Assembly (NCBI RefSeq): GCF_001194135.2
Contig: NC_068989.1
Coordinates: forward strand, 20,459,440-20,504,681
Direction of reading: 5' to 3'
Length of the DNA: 45,242 nt
Source of the DNA: Octopus bimaculoides
Lineage: Eukaryota
A program made the position numbers and the translations under genes. Below are positions 11,671-24,215 of the stretch, one piece after another (position 1 is the stretch's first letter; each line of letters begins with the position of its first letter). The notes beneath the pieces are model-generated. The model saw nothing but the letters and a program-made list of their open reading frames with translations, did no database searches and was not told where the DNA came from.

Positions 11671-13496
11671 GGCGTCGTAGTGTGATGGTAGGTTAAGGGG
11701 AAGATACTACATCGTGCGTTTTCTTACACACATTGCAGGTATAGACACACATATGCATGCGCACACAAATGGAATTGTAAAATATTTGAGCGCATGCACA
11801 CACACAAACGCACATATATAACCCTTGTCCGAAATGCAATTCAATTTTGCTTGGTATGGTTCAATAATATCTGCTCAGTACAATCCAATATTACCAAATC
11901 TGCTCGAGTCACTACTTGAAGTTTACCCTTTACGATCTTATGCTCTGGTACCGCTCAATAAATTTTGGCAGGCATTATTGGTTTCACATTTGGCGATATA
12001 ACTACATGTAAGGTAATTGTAAAATTTACAATATTTTATTAAAATAATGTGATCGAAACCCCTCCTTCTATCACTTCCTGAAGTCAAACTATAGAAGTTT
12101 TGGTTGGGAATATTTTCAAGAACAAAATAAAACCGAATGACAATTCCGATATTTGGGATTGAACCAAGATACCTGTAAATCCCCGAGCTAATGACCTTTC
12201 ATATCAGTTATGCTGACTACCTGCGAATTGCTTCAGCATTTATAGTAATACATATTCACTGACATTTAAATGAGAATATTTTACTAAAATGTACCGACTA
12301 CTTGTGTCACTGTGAGGGGTGAGTGGGGGCTTTTAGTGAGTTTACTTTGTTGCAAGTATTCGGGGCAACTCCCCGATTTGAAGGTTCTTCGTTCCCTCCT
12401 GCGAGTCTTGGGGTCCATTTTACGGATCTTTGGTATTATATTCCCTCCTGATTAACAGATAAGAAATCCTAAAATAATTTAAATATTGGCTAGGGAAAAA
12501 ATCCATTGCAAATTACAATGTAACAAAAATCATATTTTATGTTTTAGATCTTTTACATATTTATAGATTTGCTTGAAATCTATATATTTACATAAATAAT
12601 TCACGAGTTCGATTCTTGGACCGGTAGGTGTGTTATTTGCTCGAGCAAAGTGCTTCATTTTGCGTTACTCTAATTGAAATGAGGATCAGTTTAACACTGA
12701 TGCTGCTCTCTCTCTCTCGAACAACTCACCCTTTCTTTCGAACACACCCATTCTCTCTGTTCCTCTCCCTCTCTCTCTTGTTACTTCCTCGGTATTCTGC
12801 TGGGTCAAAGTGGACTGAAAGGGTGTTTATGGCTGCTCGTAACTGTTTAGACACCTAAAACAGTTAACGAAAACTTGGTTACTTCTATGTGATGATAGCT
12901 TGCGTGTGAAGGATATGTTTTGTTTTTCTTCTACAAATAATGAAACTAACGTATTCTAGTGTTCGCGAGCACTCATTTGCATATTAAACACTTTTATCAT
13001 CATATCAACATTTGAACACGCACAATAACTCAGTTACCGCTCAACCTACTGAAAATAACAGCCAGAGCTCTCACAAATAAAACCTCCAGATAAAGGCTAT
13101 GATGAACAATATAAGAAAGTTTCAGTATGGGCGAATGACCTACAAAGTATAACGGCAACATTTTTCTCAGATCACACCCCATCGTCTTAAATTTTAGAAA
13201 GGCAGTAGTAGAAAATGTCGACTCATATACATAGTGACGAGATTATGAGGTATATAGAATACGGCATAGAGCCAATGTTTAGAACTCCATGTGTTCCTTT
13301 ATAGTTTGAAGTATCTTGTAGTTTTGCATCGATATTCCAAACATAGCATGAAGAAATAAAAGAATGGTGATAAATTTTTACGTATATTCGTTACATCCCT
13401 TTAAGCAAGGTGTTACCTTATAATCAGATTGTATAACAAACGAAAGATTCATTCTAATCACACTAGATTACTTATTGATATTTTAGTTAGAAACAG

Positions 13497-13700
13497 ACGG
13501 TGAGCTGGCAGAATCATTACTGCGCCAGACAAAATGCTTAGCGACATTTCTTCCGACTTAACATTCTTAGTTCAAATGGCGCCGGGTTAGACTTTGTCTT
13601 CCGAGGTCGATAAAATAAGTATCATGTTAGCACTGGGGTCGATATAATCTACTTACTCCATTCCCCGAAATTGCTGACCTTGTGTCAAAATTTGAAACCA
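13497..13700 (+). mobile_element. SINE-A copy
   Basis: GGTGAGCTGGCAGAATCATTACTGCGCC head through CCCCGAAATTGCTGACCTTGTGTCAAAATTTGAAACC tail. Confidence 0.85.
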
Positions 13701-13827
13701 ACAAATTTAGGTCGGAATGATTCTCTTAGATTTTCTGATCTGTCAACAAGCGTATTTTCAACGTAAATGCAGATTACTATGGTGAAAAGCTTCGAAGAAT
13801 TGGTTTTGAGAAGAAAATAGTTCATAT

Positions 13828-13999
13828 ACTCTTTACTCTTTACTCTTTTACTTGTTTCAGTCATTTGACTGCGGCCATGTTGGAGCACCGCCTTTAGTCG
13901 AGCAAATCGACCCCAGGACTTATTCTTTGTGAGCCTAGTACTTATTCTATCGGTCTCTTTTGCCAAACCGCTAAGTTACGGGGACGTAAGCACACCAGG
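13828..13999 (-). mobile_element. SINE-B 3' half with (AAAGAGT)n tail, truncated at the Tx1 junction
   Basis: Reverse complement ...CCCCGTAACTTAGCGGTTTGGCAAAAGAGACCGATAGAATAAGTACTAGG...CCTGGGGTCGATTTGCTCGACTAAAGGCGGTGCTCCAACATGGCCGCAGTC matches the copy at ~20440-20815. Confidence 0.85.
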
Positions 14000-14855
14000 G
14001 AGAGTCAAAAAAAGTTTTGCTTCGGCAACAGGAGGAAAAATAAGACAAATTACGGCAGAAAAACGCAAACTGCTAAAATATAAAATATGTTGAAAAAAGA
14101 AGACACAAAAGTGGAAATAATTCCACCAAAAGAATTAATGGAAACTGAGAAGAGAAAAATAATTATTCCTGAAACTTTTAATGTTAAATCTAAGAAAATA
14201 GATCAAGTGAAGGAGGAAGCAGTAGAAAAATGTTTAAATAACATTTGGAAAGACATTGAATACGTCACAAGAGGAAGAAGGTTCGGCACAGTGGAGGTTC
14301 GAATGGTGAACGAGAAGAAAGCTCAAATTCGCTCAATAAAAACATTGAGAACGGACGAGGTAAATTCTCCTTCCAATGTATATTGGGAGGATAACCTCCA
14401 AAGTAAGAATAACTAGAATCCCACCGGAAATGGATGCAGCCTGGCTTGTGGCAGCTGTGACGATGGACTTGGAGGAAAAAATCACACTCCTCCAAGCCAC
14501 TGTCACGGAAAAACAAATTTGGCAAGACCAAACACTAAACATATTAATCCAGACGGAACCTCAGACGCTGGAAGAAATACCAGAGACCATTGAGATAGGG
14601 GAGGAGAGCCTGGTAGTGTTTGTAGAGGGCAGACAACGGCGTTGTTTTAATTGTGGAAAGCTGAACCACGTGCGGGCCGAATGTAGCCCTCCTCAGGAAG
14701 AAAATGAAGAAGAGGAAGAAGAGAAAGAAATAAAAGAAGCAGAAAGTGGAAGCAGCAACCAAGGGGAAAATATCGGGAAGAGAAATATTCACCCAGCCTC
14801 CCCAACAAAAGCATCGGAAATAAAACCAAAGAAGAAAGCGGTTGCAGAATGTTAA
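14000..14855 (+). pseudogene. Tx1 ORF1 (gag-like), frameshifted, with zinc knuckle
   Basis: ...RITRIPPEMDAAWLVAAV...VVFVEGRQRRCFNCGKLNHVRAEC (CX2CX4HX4C) followed by an acidic/lysine-rich tail. Frameshift near 14380. Confidence 0.85.
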
Positions 14856-15098
14856 GTCTGCCAAGCGTATATCCAATAAATATATCAATTAAGACATCTA
14901 TCAGATAGACGTAAAGAACTATTACATTTTATGGAATGATTTTAGAAAAGATGTAGGCCCTCTGCGAAAAGACTTTTCACAGATAATTTTTGAGGGCCCA
15001 CCTCCGCCAATCCCACGATTCCGAGAAAAAAAGAAGAGGTGGGGATTTCTTCACCTCCTTCTTCATCTTCTTCTACCGGATAAAAAGATAAGACGCTC

Positions 15099-18000
15099 AT
15101 GTCAATTCACGTTGGTTGTTTAAATGTGTGTGGCCTGACGTCGAATTGGAAGAAAGGGCGCTTCCTAAATGACATCAATTCACGCAATTTGGTTGTTATT
15201 GTAGCTGTAGCTACTGAAACCTGGTTAAAAGGGCCAAGAAATCTGCTCCCGTTGCTGGGCGGCTACGAGAAATTCATTTCTCTAGGTTGACCGGCGGGCG
15301 GGTCCTATTGAAAAGAAACCGGGTTTCAGAGAAAAGGTTAATTTTTTCCTATCCAGAAGGTAGGCTGGTCGTCATGGACCTGACATTCAGTTGTGGTAAG
15401 TGGATCAGTCTGGTTACGATTTATGCACCCAATTCCGGTCAAAGTGAGTATTTTAGTGACCTAGAGAAGTTTCTGGGTACGTCACATTCACTAGTTTTGT
15501 TAGGAGACTTTAACACAATCTGCGAAGCACGTGTAGATTTTTGGATCTCGAGAACAGATAGGAGAAGTAACATTGGATTCCGGGAACTGCTAAGTCGTTT
15601 TCAGCTAGCAGATCTATATAGGATGGGCACCCGAACACTTCATTGTGAACATGGTCAATTGGCGACGGGTCTTTAAGGTCTTACTTAGATTTAGATAACA
15701 TCTGAATTAGGAAAGCAGATAAGAACATAGCTAAGTGCCCACAATTTTATCCGGTCAGCTACAGTGATCATCAGTTGGTCACTTGTGAGATGAACCTAGA
15801 TAAAGTATATAGACAAGGATCTGGCTACTGGAAACTCAATACGTCCCTTTTGGCGATTGAGGAGTACGGAGAGCGGATTAAGTTGTTGATACAGAGGACT
15901 TTAACAAGAGCCATCATTAATAATAAATGATGGTATGCCCTCAAACGAACCATTAAATTCGAGTCTATTAGATATAGCATAGGTTTAGTGGCTAGTGAAC
16001 GTAGGCAGGAACGGGGTTTAGTTAGGGCTATAAAGGAAGCCATGAGGAGTTGCAGTGCAACCCAGTTGAAGGCGAAGAAACTGGAACTAAACCAGCATCT
16101 CAAAGCCAAGCACATGGGATTCATTGTCAGGGCTAGACTACGTGCAGTGGGTTGCGAGGGAATCAAGGGCACTGAACGGGCCCGAGTGGTGGAAGCCCAG
16201 CGTAGAAATGATTCCACAGTACGATCTTTGGTGAACCATCAAGGTGAGTTGATAAACGAATCCGAGGAGATGTGTGAGGCCTTTCAGGAGCACTTCTCCC
16301 AGCTTTTCAGGGGAAGCGATGGATCGGACAGTAGGAGGGACCTACCAGACTTCTTCACCGGTCTGCCGCGCCTCTCGGGGCGGAATGCGGAGTCTTGTGA
16401 AGGGCCGATCACACCTGAGGAAGTAATTGAGACTATAGCAGACTATGGCATAAGTCACCGGGACTGGATGGTCTACCCTACGAGGTGTATAGAAGTATGC
16501 CAGACTTCTTCGAGCATCTGCCAGTGTGTACACGAACTAACAACAGAATGGGTTTGTTCCCAGATCTGTGTGCCGGGGAGTGGTGACACTGATCGCAAAG
16601 GGCCCGGACAAGGGGGATTGTTTAGATAATTTCCGGCCGATCACTCTGCTTAACACAGAGTTTTTAACACAGAGATTTTAGCCAAGGTGCTAGCAAAAAG
16701 GTTGGTGCGTGTAGCGGATGGCCTGATCGGGGAGGCAGAAACTTATGGCATCCTCGGCAGAAGCATTCGGGACTATCTCCACCTTCTACGCTACACCTTA
16801 GAGGGGTTTCAGAGTTGTGGTAAGGGTGGGGAAGTGGTCCATTTAGACCATGCTAAGGCATTTGATAGGGTTGACCATCATTACCTGGTGTCTGTTCTTG
16901 CACAGTTCGGCCTGGGTCTTGGCTTCCTTAGGAGGATAATTCAATTGTATAACATCGACTAGATCGTTCGGGTGAACGGTTTTCTGTCCAAACCGTTCTG
17001 TATCAAATGCTCGGTTCGTCAAGGGTGTCAACTCTCAACGCTTTTGTACGTGATGGCTCTTGAGCGAAAGTTGAGTGACATCCTGAGAGCGCCAAGCAGT
17101 AGAGAGACGGTTTCAGCTTATGTGGATGACATCACCTTCATCGTGACCAAAATAGAACACCTACAGAAGGTATGCGAGGCCATTGAGGTCTACGAGACGG
17201 TGGCAGGAGCAAAGATTAATCGGGATAAGTCAGTCAGCATGCAACTCAGCACCTGGAGGGGAAGTCGACGCCTCCAGACAGCGTTGTGGGACGTTGGACG
17301 GAGGGACCGGTCAAGTCGCTAGGAGTCTGGTTTGGGCCACATCTCAAGGTAGAAAAGAACTGGGCTGAGGTTTCGAGCAGGGTGAACAACATAGTCATAA
17401 CCTGGTCCTGGCGATGGCTATCCCCGAAAGGGAGGGCGGAGGTGGCCAATGATTCGTGGTTGCCCAAATTGGAAAGACAGCTCTTTCGCTTTTCGTGGAA
17501 GAGCTCGAAACCACTTGTGAGACGTTCTATGTGCTGTCANNNNNNNNNNNNNNNNNNNNNNNNNNNNNNNNNNNNNNNNNNNNNNNNNNNNNNNNNNNNN
17601 NNNNNNNNNNNNNNNNNNNNNNNNNNNNNNNNNNNNNNNNNNNNNNNNNNNNNNNNNNNNNNNNNNNNNNNNNNNNNNNNNNNNNNNNNNNNNNNNNNNN
17701 NNNNNNNNNNNNNNNNNNNNNNNNNNNNNNNNNNNNNNNNNNNNNNNNNNNNNNNNNNNNNNNNNNNNNNNNNNNNNNNNNNNNNNNNNNNNNNNNNNNN
17801 NNNNNNNNNNNNNNNNNNNNNNNNNNNNNNNNNNNNNNNNNNNNNNNNTGTTAAATGTGACGATTCCTTGGGTGGGGTGGGGGGGTGACCCTAGGTATCG
17901 AGGATAATCAACTAGACAGTCTGATCGAACGTACATTCGGGCCGAAGACACTGGGTAATTTCCAAAAGTCTTTGACCTGGAAGTGTTACCGAGGAGCCTT

Positions 18001-18450
18001 GCCCATTCAAGATAAGCTCGCAAGACACGGTCAAAGCGACACACCGATCTGTCCAAGATGCAGGCAGGAATGGAAACCATCCTGCACGCTATTGTTCAGT
18101 GCCCAGGTGTGTCGGAGGTGTGGGCTTATGCGGAATATCTGTTGTCTGTTACAGTAAAAGTTCAGCTATCGTCTGAGTCAATTTTAAAAATTGACCCACC
18201 TGATTTTCTGACGAAAGAAGATAAGCATTGTTTTCCCATAGTAGTCGCAATCGCGAAAGAAGCGGTATGGAAGACAAGAATGAAAGGAGTAATGACAAAC
18301 AGCTTCATCTCTGGCCTCGATCTACAAGGATATTTCACTTATCATTTGAAAAGGAAAGTGAGGCTGGAGAGAAGATGCCTGTCAGAGAAAATGTTTAATG
18401 ATAGATGGAAGTATGTGGTACGAATGTTGTATATGAGTGTAACCACGTGA
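15099..18450 (+). pseudogene. Tx1 ORF2: APE endonuclease, reverse transcriptase and zinc finger (disrupted)
   Basis: APE motifs VGCLNV, TETW, TIYAPN, LLGDFN, YSDH. RT motifs FRPITLLNTE, AFDRVDH, VRQGCQLS, AYVDDITF. C-terminal CPRC..ETILHAIVQC. Multiple stops/frameshifts and an N gap at 17540-17848. Confidence 0.9.
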
Positions 18451-18678
18451 ACATGACAAAGGTCTACCATCGGTATCAGTGGTGGATTGGGGCTCATGGG
18501 GTCAAGAGCTTAACCATCACTCCATCTGTTTTGTTTTTTGTTGTGTTTATCATTCGTATTTATATTTTGTACTGAATTTTTAATATCACCTTATGTTATA
18601 CAATTTGTTTGTATCTGACCCCAAAATCAGATTGTGTCGTCCCCTCTATGTTGGCTCCTAGTGGGCAATAAAAAATCA

Positions 18679-18880
18679 AGAATCGTTAGTGCAACGGGCA
18701 AAATGCTTAGAGGCATTTAATCCGTCTTTACATTCCGAGTTCAAATTCCGCCGAGGTCGACTTTGCCTTTCATCTTTTCGGGGTCGATTAAATAAGTACC
18801 AATTTATCATTGGAGTCGATGTAACCGACTTACCCACTACCCCGAAATTGCTGGCTTTGTGCCAAAGTGTGAAACCAATA
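18679..18880 (+). mobile_element. SINE-A body lacking its first ~15 nt (target of Tx1 copy 1)
   Basis: Begins AGAATCGTTAGTGCAACGGGCAAAATGCTTAG directly after the LINE tail; the rest is standard SINE-A. Confidence 0.85.
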
Positions 18881-20125
18881 TTTGACTGGTACTTTATTTG
18901 ATCAACCACGGAGAGGTGAAAGGCAAAATTGTCCTCGGAGAGATAAAAGGCGGGATTTGAACTTAGAATGTATAGTGTTAGACTAAGTACCGGAATGCAG
19001 TTTGTTCGATACACTAACGATTCTGCAATTTCAACACAATGAGCTAATAAAAATAATGGTTTCTAATTTAGGCACCAAGCAAAATAAAAATGAAAAATTT
19101 AGAGGAAGGGCTTGACGGGTTCTAGCATGATTAAAAGCACGGTTGACTTCATTGGCATTTGAAATCAGAATGTGAAAAAGTAGAATAAATATAGCAAGGC
19201 ATTTTATTTGATGCTCTAACTATTCTGTCAATTTAACTCTCTGTGTTACTAACGATAATAACAGTCTTGTCCATCTATTGTAAATGGTATGGTTAATTTT
19301 GTATCGTTTTAAAACATTTTGAATTCAAACTAATTTGTACTCNNNNNNNNNNNNNNNNNNNNNNNNNNNNNNNNNNNNNNNNNNNNNNNNNNNNNNNNNN
19401 NNNNNNNNNNNNNNNNNNNNNNNNNNNNNNNNNNNNNNNNNNNNNNNNNNNNNNNNNNNNNNNNNNNNNNNNNNNNNNNNNNNNNNNNNNNNNNNNNNNN
19501 NNNNNNNNNNNNNNNNNNNNNNNNNNNNNNNNNNNNNNNNNNNNNNNNNNNNNNNNNNNNNNNNNNNNNNNNNNNNNNNNNNNNNNNNNNNNNNNNNNNN
19601 NNNNNNNNNNNNNNNNNNNNNNNNNNNNNNNNNNNNNNNNNNNNNNNNNNNNNNNNNNNNNNNNNNNNNNNNNNNNNNNNNNNNNNNNNNNNNNNNNNNN
19701 NNNNNNNNNNNNNNNNNNNNNNNNNNNNNNNNNNNNNNNNNNNNNNNNNNNNNNNNNNNNNNNNNNNNNNNNNNNNNNNNNNNNNNNNNNNNNNNNNNNN
19801 NNNNNNNNNNNNNNNNNNNNNNNNNNNNNNNNNNNNNNNNNNNNNNNNNNNNNNNNNNNNNNNNNNNNNNNNNNNNNNNNNNNNNNNNNNNNNNNNNNNN
19901 NNNNNNNNNNNNNNNNNNNNNNNNNNNNNNNNNNNNNNNNNNNNNNNNNNNNNNNNNNNNNNNNNNNNNNNNNNNNNNNNNNNNNNNNNNNNNNNNNNNN
20001 NNNNNNNNNNNNNNNNNNNNNNNNNNNNNNNNNNNNNNNNNNNNNNNNNNNNNNNNNNNNNNNNNNNNNNNNNNNNNNNNNNNNNNNNNNNNNNNNNNNN
20101 NNNNNNNNNNNNNNNNNNNGTTTTA

Positions 20126-20335
20126 AGGTGGCGAGCTGGCAGAAACGTTAGCACTCCAGGCGAAATGCTTAGCGGTATTTCGTCTGTCTTTATGTTCTGA
20201 GTTCAAATTCTACCGAGGTCGACATTGCGTTTCTTCTTTTCGGGTTCTATAAATTAAATACCAGTTGCGTACTGAGGGCGATCTAATCGACTGTCCCCCT
20301 TACCCAAAATTTCGGGCCTTGTGCCTAGAGTAGAA
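20126..20335 (+). mobile_element. SINE-A copy
   Basis: AAGGTGGCGAGCTGGCAGAAACGTTAGCAC head, box B, central domain and short-type tail. Confidence 0.85.
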
Positions 20336-20439
20336 AAGAATATAGCGCTGGGTTTTAGTGAATTAAATAAATCTGAGTAATTGTTACAAGAAATGTGAAA
20401 ATTACAATCGACACCAGCAAGATGTGCATTTTTGCAACC

Positions 20440-20815
20440 TTAGAGCTTCAGGTTTATTCCCAGTACGCGACACTTTGGGCAAATGACTTCTACTATAGCC
20501 ATGGAATGACTAATGATGGGTGAATTTGGTAGACGGAAACTATGTGTAGAAACTTGTCGTTTATAGATGCATAGATGTGTGTATGTGTGTGTGTGTGTAT
20601 CGTTATGTCTGTTTTTTCCTACCATCGCTTGATAACTGGTGTGGGCTTGTTTACGTCCATGTAATTAGCGGTTCGCTAATAGGAACCGATAGGATAAGTA
20701 CAAGACTTCCAGAAAAATGAAAAAAGTATTGGTGTCGATTTGTTCGACGAAAAACCCTTCCGAGCGGTTCTCCAGCCTGGCCGCAGTCCAGTGACTTAAA
20801 CAAGTAAAAGAAAGA
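20440..20815 (+). mobile_element. SINE-B copy (internal (TG)n, central domain, AAAAG tail)
   Basis: CACTTTGGGCAAATGACTTCTACTATAGCC...GGTAGACGGAAAC...(TG)n...CCGATAGGATAAGTAC...TGGCCGCAGTCCAGTGACTTAAACAAGTAAAAG. Confidence 0.8.
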
Positions 20816-20959
20816 GAAATATATTTTGACCAGTATTAACTTTTTATACTTGTTAACACACTGTGTTGGTAAATATAAATCCAACGATGGGATCTTTATA
20901 CGCGTTTTTGGTTTTTAATTTTGTTTTTCACTCGTGAGGCGTCAGTTGGCGAACTGGAC

Positions 20960-21021
20960 GCCACGTCAGGCTATGAGAAGCGACGCCAGGATATGAGAAG
21001 CTACGTCAAGCTATGAGAAAC
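20960..21021. repeat. ~20-bp minisatellite x3 (ACGTCAGGCTATGAGAAGCG-like)
   Basis: Three imperfect tandem units visible directly. Confidence 0.8.
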
Positions 21022-21074
21022 AAATCTTTGAACATTCACCAATCCTATAGACATTCTTGCGTCCATAGTTTCTT

Positions 21075-21299
21075 ATTTCTTTATTGCCCACAAGAGGCAT
21101 AGAGGGGACAAACAAAGACAGACAAAGAGATTAAGTCGATTACATCGACCCCAGTGCGTAACTGGAACTTAATTTATCGACCCCGAAAGGATGAAAGGGA
21201 AAGTCGACATCGACGGAATTTGAACTCAGAACGTAACGGCAGACGAAATACCGCTAAGCATTTCGCCCGGCGTGCTAACGTTTCTGCCAGCTCGCAGCA
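21075..21299 (-). mobile_element. SINE-A, well-preserved copy with long tail and 18-bp TSD
   Basis: TSD TTGCGTCCATAGTTTCTT at 21057-21074 and 21300-21317. Tail (SINE orientation) ...GTCCCCTCTATGCCTCTTGTGGGCAATAAAGAAAT. Confidence 0.92.
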
Positions 21300-21519
21300 T
21301 TGCGTCCATAGTTTCTTCATTCTTCCTTTGTAGAATGCACAATTTTATTACTTTTCTGTAATAGTAATTCAGCTGGAAGCTAAATATATCGAAACATCTG
21401 CCTGCTCAACTTCAGTATCAATCCATAATCATTTTCTTTGACTTTTGTGAATATCACCCGAGGTAACACCTAAACGAATGGTATAATTTGTAATGAGATC
21501 AGNNNNNNNNNNACTGGTT

Positions 21520-23470
21520 TCAGCCAGAGTCTGGGGCCACACTGGAGCACTGCCTTTCAGTGTTTTGGGGTCTCCTTTCGGTACTGTTTTTGGTGAAGAA
21601 GCGAATTGGACGAAGCTGCTCTTCTTTCTGCTTCCTGCCGCAATGTGAACTCATCTGGATTTCATATAGAAATTTGTCCAGGTGCTTCTTGAAGGTTTCC
21701 ACATCTACACCTTGCATATCCCTTAGCTTCCTTGGTAGGAAGTTAAACAGTTGCGGTTCCCTGAAACTCAAGCCGTTACAATACAGGGTCCTTATCTGAG
21801 ATGAAGAAGACAGTATTTTTGGTATTATGTAGTGCCATCCAAAGTTGGGAGCTACACCTTCCAGGATCTTCCATATGTATATCACTGCATACCTTTCTCG
21901 CCTTCTCTCCAATGAGTAGAGCTTCAGTTCTTATAGGCTCTCCCAGTAGCTCATCTGTTTCACCGAGTCAATCTTCTTTGTGTAGTGGCGCTGCATCGCC
22001 TCGAGTTCAGCCAGCAATATGACGCTCTGCGGCGACCGCAGTTGGGAGCAGTAATCCAGACGATTGAGGACAAATGTTCTCCATAGGAGTATCAGGGTAT
22101 CCTTATTTCTAGTTCTGAATGATATAAGGATCCATCCAACTACTCTTCTGCACAGTGTTACCATCCTGACAATACTCACGTGGACTATTGCATCACTACT
22201 CATGTGAATTCCCATTTCATGTACCAATTCTAACTCTCGGATTGCAATACCTCCTGTTCCTATGTATTCCGATTGTAGTCTGTGGTCCGAAAGCGGAGTG
22301 CTTGAAACTTATCAGCATTGAACTGCATGCTATTTTCATCAGCTCATTTATTTATTGCATGCAGGTCATTTTGCAGCTTTACTACGTCATCAGGTCTCTT
22401 GACCGCCTGTGACACGTTTGTATTAGCAGCGTAGCTGGTGAGAGTGGCTGACCGTACGACTGACGGCATGTTAGAGAGAACCACAAACAGAAGTGGTTCC
22501 AGTATAGTTCCCTGACGAACTTTACTGCGGATTGATGTCTCCCCAGAGAGAGCATCATTGGCTGCAACTGCCTCCTTCTGTCCTGTGAAAAGTCGTGCAC
22601 CCACTCTCCCAGTTTTCCAGTGATACCAAGGTCGCGTAGTTTGTACATATCATCTCATGATCAACTTTATCAAAAGCTTTGGCAAAGTCGAAATATATTA
22701 CATCCACATCTGAGTGGTTGAGCTGTTATTTCAGTATCCAATCATAATGTTGTAGCAGCTGTGTGAGACTGCTCTTCCCAAGGCGGAAACCATGTTGTGC
22801 GTTTGTGAGCAAACTATTCTCTTCCAGAAACGTGATCATTCTCCTTCCGACAATGCGTTCCATGATCTTGCTACCATGTGAAATTAGAGAGACAGGCCTG
22901 TAATTTTTAACATCTGCTCTGCTTCCTTCTTCGTGGACAGGGCATATGATACTCTTTTAACAGTTTGGGAAGTTCTCCACATGCGAGGGCACTCTGAAAA
23001 AGTATCTGCAGAGGTTTTGCGAGAGCTTTCTTGCATGGTTTTAGGAGAACAACCGGAAATCTATCCGGATCCGTTGCTGAGTTTGAGCTCGTCTCATCAA
23101 TGGCTGATATTACATCTTCCTCTTTTATGTCGGTGTAATCGATGGTTGCCCTTTTCCCATGTAGGTCTTCAGTGTTGAAGAACTCTTTAGGCTCGCCCAC
23201 TTGCCAGTTTCCCAGTGGAGAGGTGAAGACATTCTGAAATTGCTTATTTAGTACTTCACCTATCTTGTATTGCACTGAGGCAAACTCTTTCGCCTTGGCT
23301 TCTCTTTCTATCCTCTCCTATTCATGAAGTAGTCTCAGTTTATTTCCGATCTCTAAAAGTTTCTTTTCTAGGAGGGATTTCTCGCTGTCAATAACTTGTT
23401 TATTTAAGCGATTAGAGATCTTTATTCTCTGCCTCATAAGGACTCTTCAGTTTCTTTTACAAAGAGTAGG
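21520..23470 (-). mobile_element. CR1-group LINE relic B
   Basis: Minus-strand motifs VDVIYFDFAKAFDKVDHE, VRQGTILEPLLF, SYAANTNV, RLDYCSQL and ERRRERYAVIYIWKILEGVAPN. Disrupted. Confidence 0.88.
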
Positions 23471-23514
23471 GTTTATGTTTATGAATATTGGGTAATGACT
23501 GTAAAAGTATGATT

Positions 23515-23880
23515 ACGAATACAAGCGGCCAAAATGGAATTCCTCCGACGGATCTTTGAAGTAACGTTACTCGACAGGATGCATGGTTCGGAGAAGAGAG
23601 TCTCCTGGTCGAGTTACAGCACCACTACTATGGGCAACTGGATAGAAAGTCGCAAGACGAAACGCAAGACGAATTCTTCAAGCCGAGTCAACCAGCAAGA
23701 GACCTCAGGATAGACCAAAAATGAGATGGTTGGATAATATCCATAATATCAGTTGTTTACGCTTGGAAATCCAGCGGGAAAGTGTAATAGTGGTCTCTTC
23801 TGATATGGCCCTATGGAGGAGATACCCGAGGACTTCCCGCCACCACGAATAGTGGGCAGAAAAGAAAGATAGATGGAAGG
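23515..23880 (+). mobile_element. RTE-like LINE 3' fragment
   Basis: Frameshifted peptides IQAAKMEFLRRIFEVTLLDRM and ILQAESTSKRPQDRPKMRWLDNIH resemble the RTE ORF2 C-terminus (GRP..RW.D motif). Confidence 0.7.
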
Positions 23881-23989
23881 GTGGATTTTATACGTACATA
23901 TGATCATCTTGATATTTGGATCATCAATTTTGGAGTATGTACTGGAGTACTGGTATACGTGAGGATATCTTCAAGAAAATATTTCATAG

Positions 23990-24215
23990 GTGCAGGCATG
24001 ACTGTATAGTTAAGAAGCTCGCTTTCCAGCCACGTGGTCCAGTTCCACTGCAAATCACTTTGGAGAAGTGTCTTCTCCTAATGCCTCAGGCTGACCATTG
24101 TCTTGTAAATGGATTTGGTAGACGGAAACTGTGTGGAAGCTTGTGCCTTTGTGTTTGTCCCACACCACTCGACAAGTGTTGGTTTGTGTACGCCCCCGTA
24201 ACTTAGCAAAAGAGG
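23990..24215 (+). mobile_element. SINE-B 5' part (tRNA-like head), degenerate
   Basis: GGTGCAGGCATGACTGTATAGTTAAGAAGCTCGCTTTCC...GGATTTGGTAGACGGAAAC...CCCCGTAACTTAGC. Confidence 0.7.

Larger units (their letters stand above)
14000..18678 (+). mobile_element. L1/Tx1-clade non-LTR retrotransposon, copy 1 (5'-truncated in ORF1, decayed)
   Basis: ORF1 with CCHC knuckle; ORF2 with APE, RT and C-terminal CCHC finger; T-rich 3' UTR ending AATAAAAAATCA; 3' end abuts a SINE-A head. Confidence 0.9.

Noticed and set aside
15032-15062. Hairpin AGAAGAGGTG/CACCTCCTTCT upstream of the Tx1 ORF2 start
   Set aside because: Low-complexity purine/pyrimidine pairing, and I could not see an equivalent in copy 2.
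1474-20154. Long ORFs spanning N runs (e.g. 1474-2304, 2919-3713, 9944-10465, 19330-20154)
   Set aside because: They are open only because Ns contain no stop codons; the rest is microsatellite translation.
20960-21021. Short direct repeats as a possible CRISPR array
   Set aside because: The units are contiguous with no unique spacers and the context is eukaryotic; it is a minisatellite. The same applies to the 24-bp repeat at ~40995-41055.
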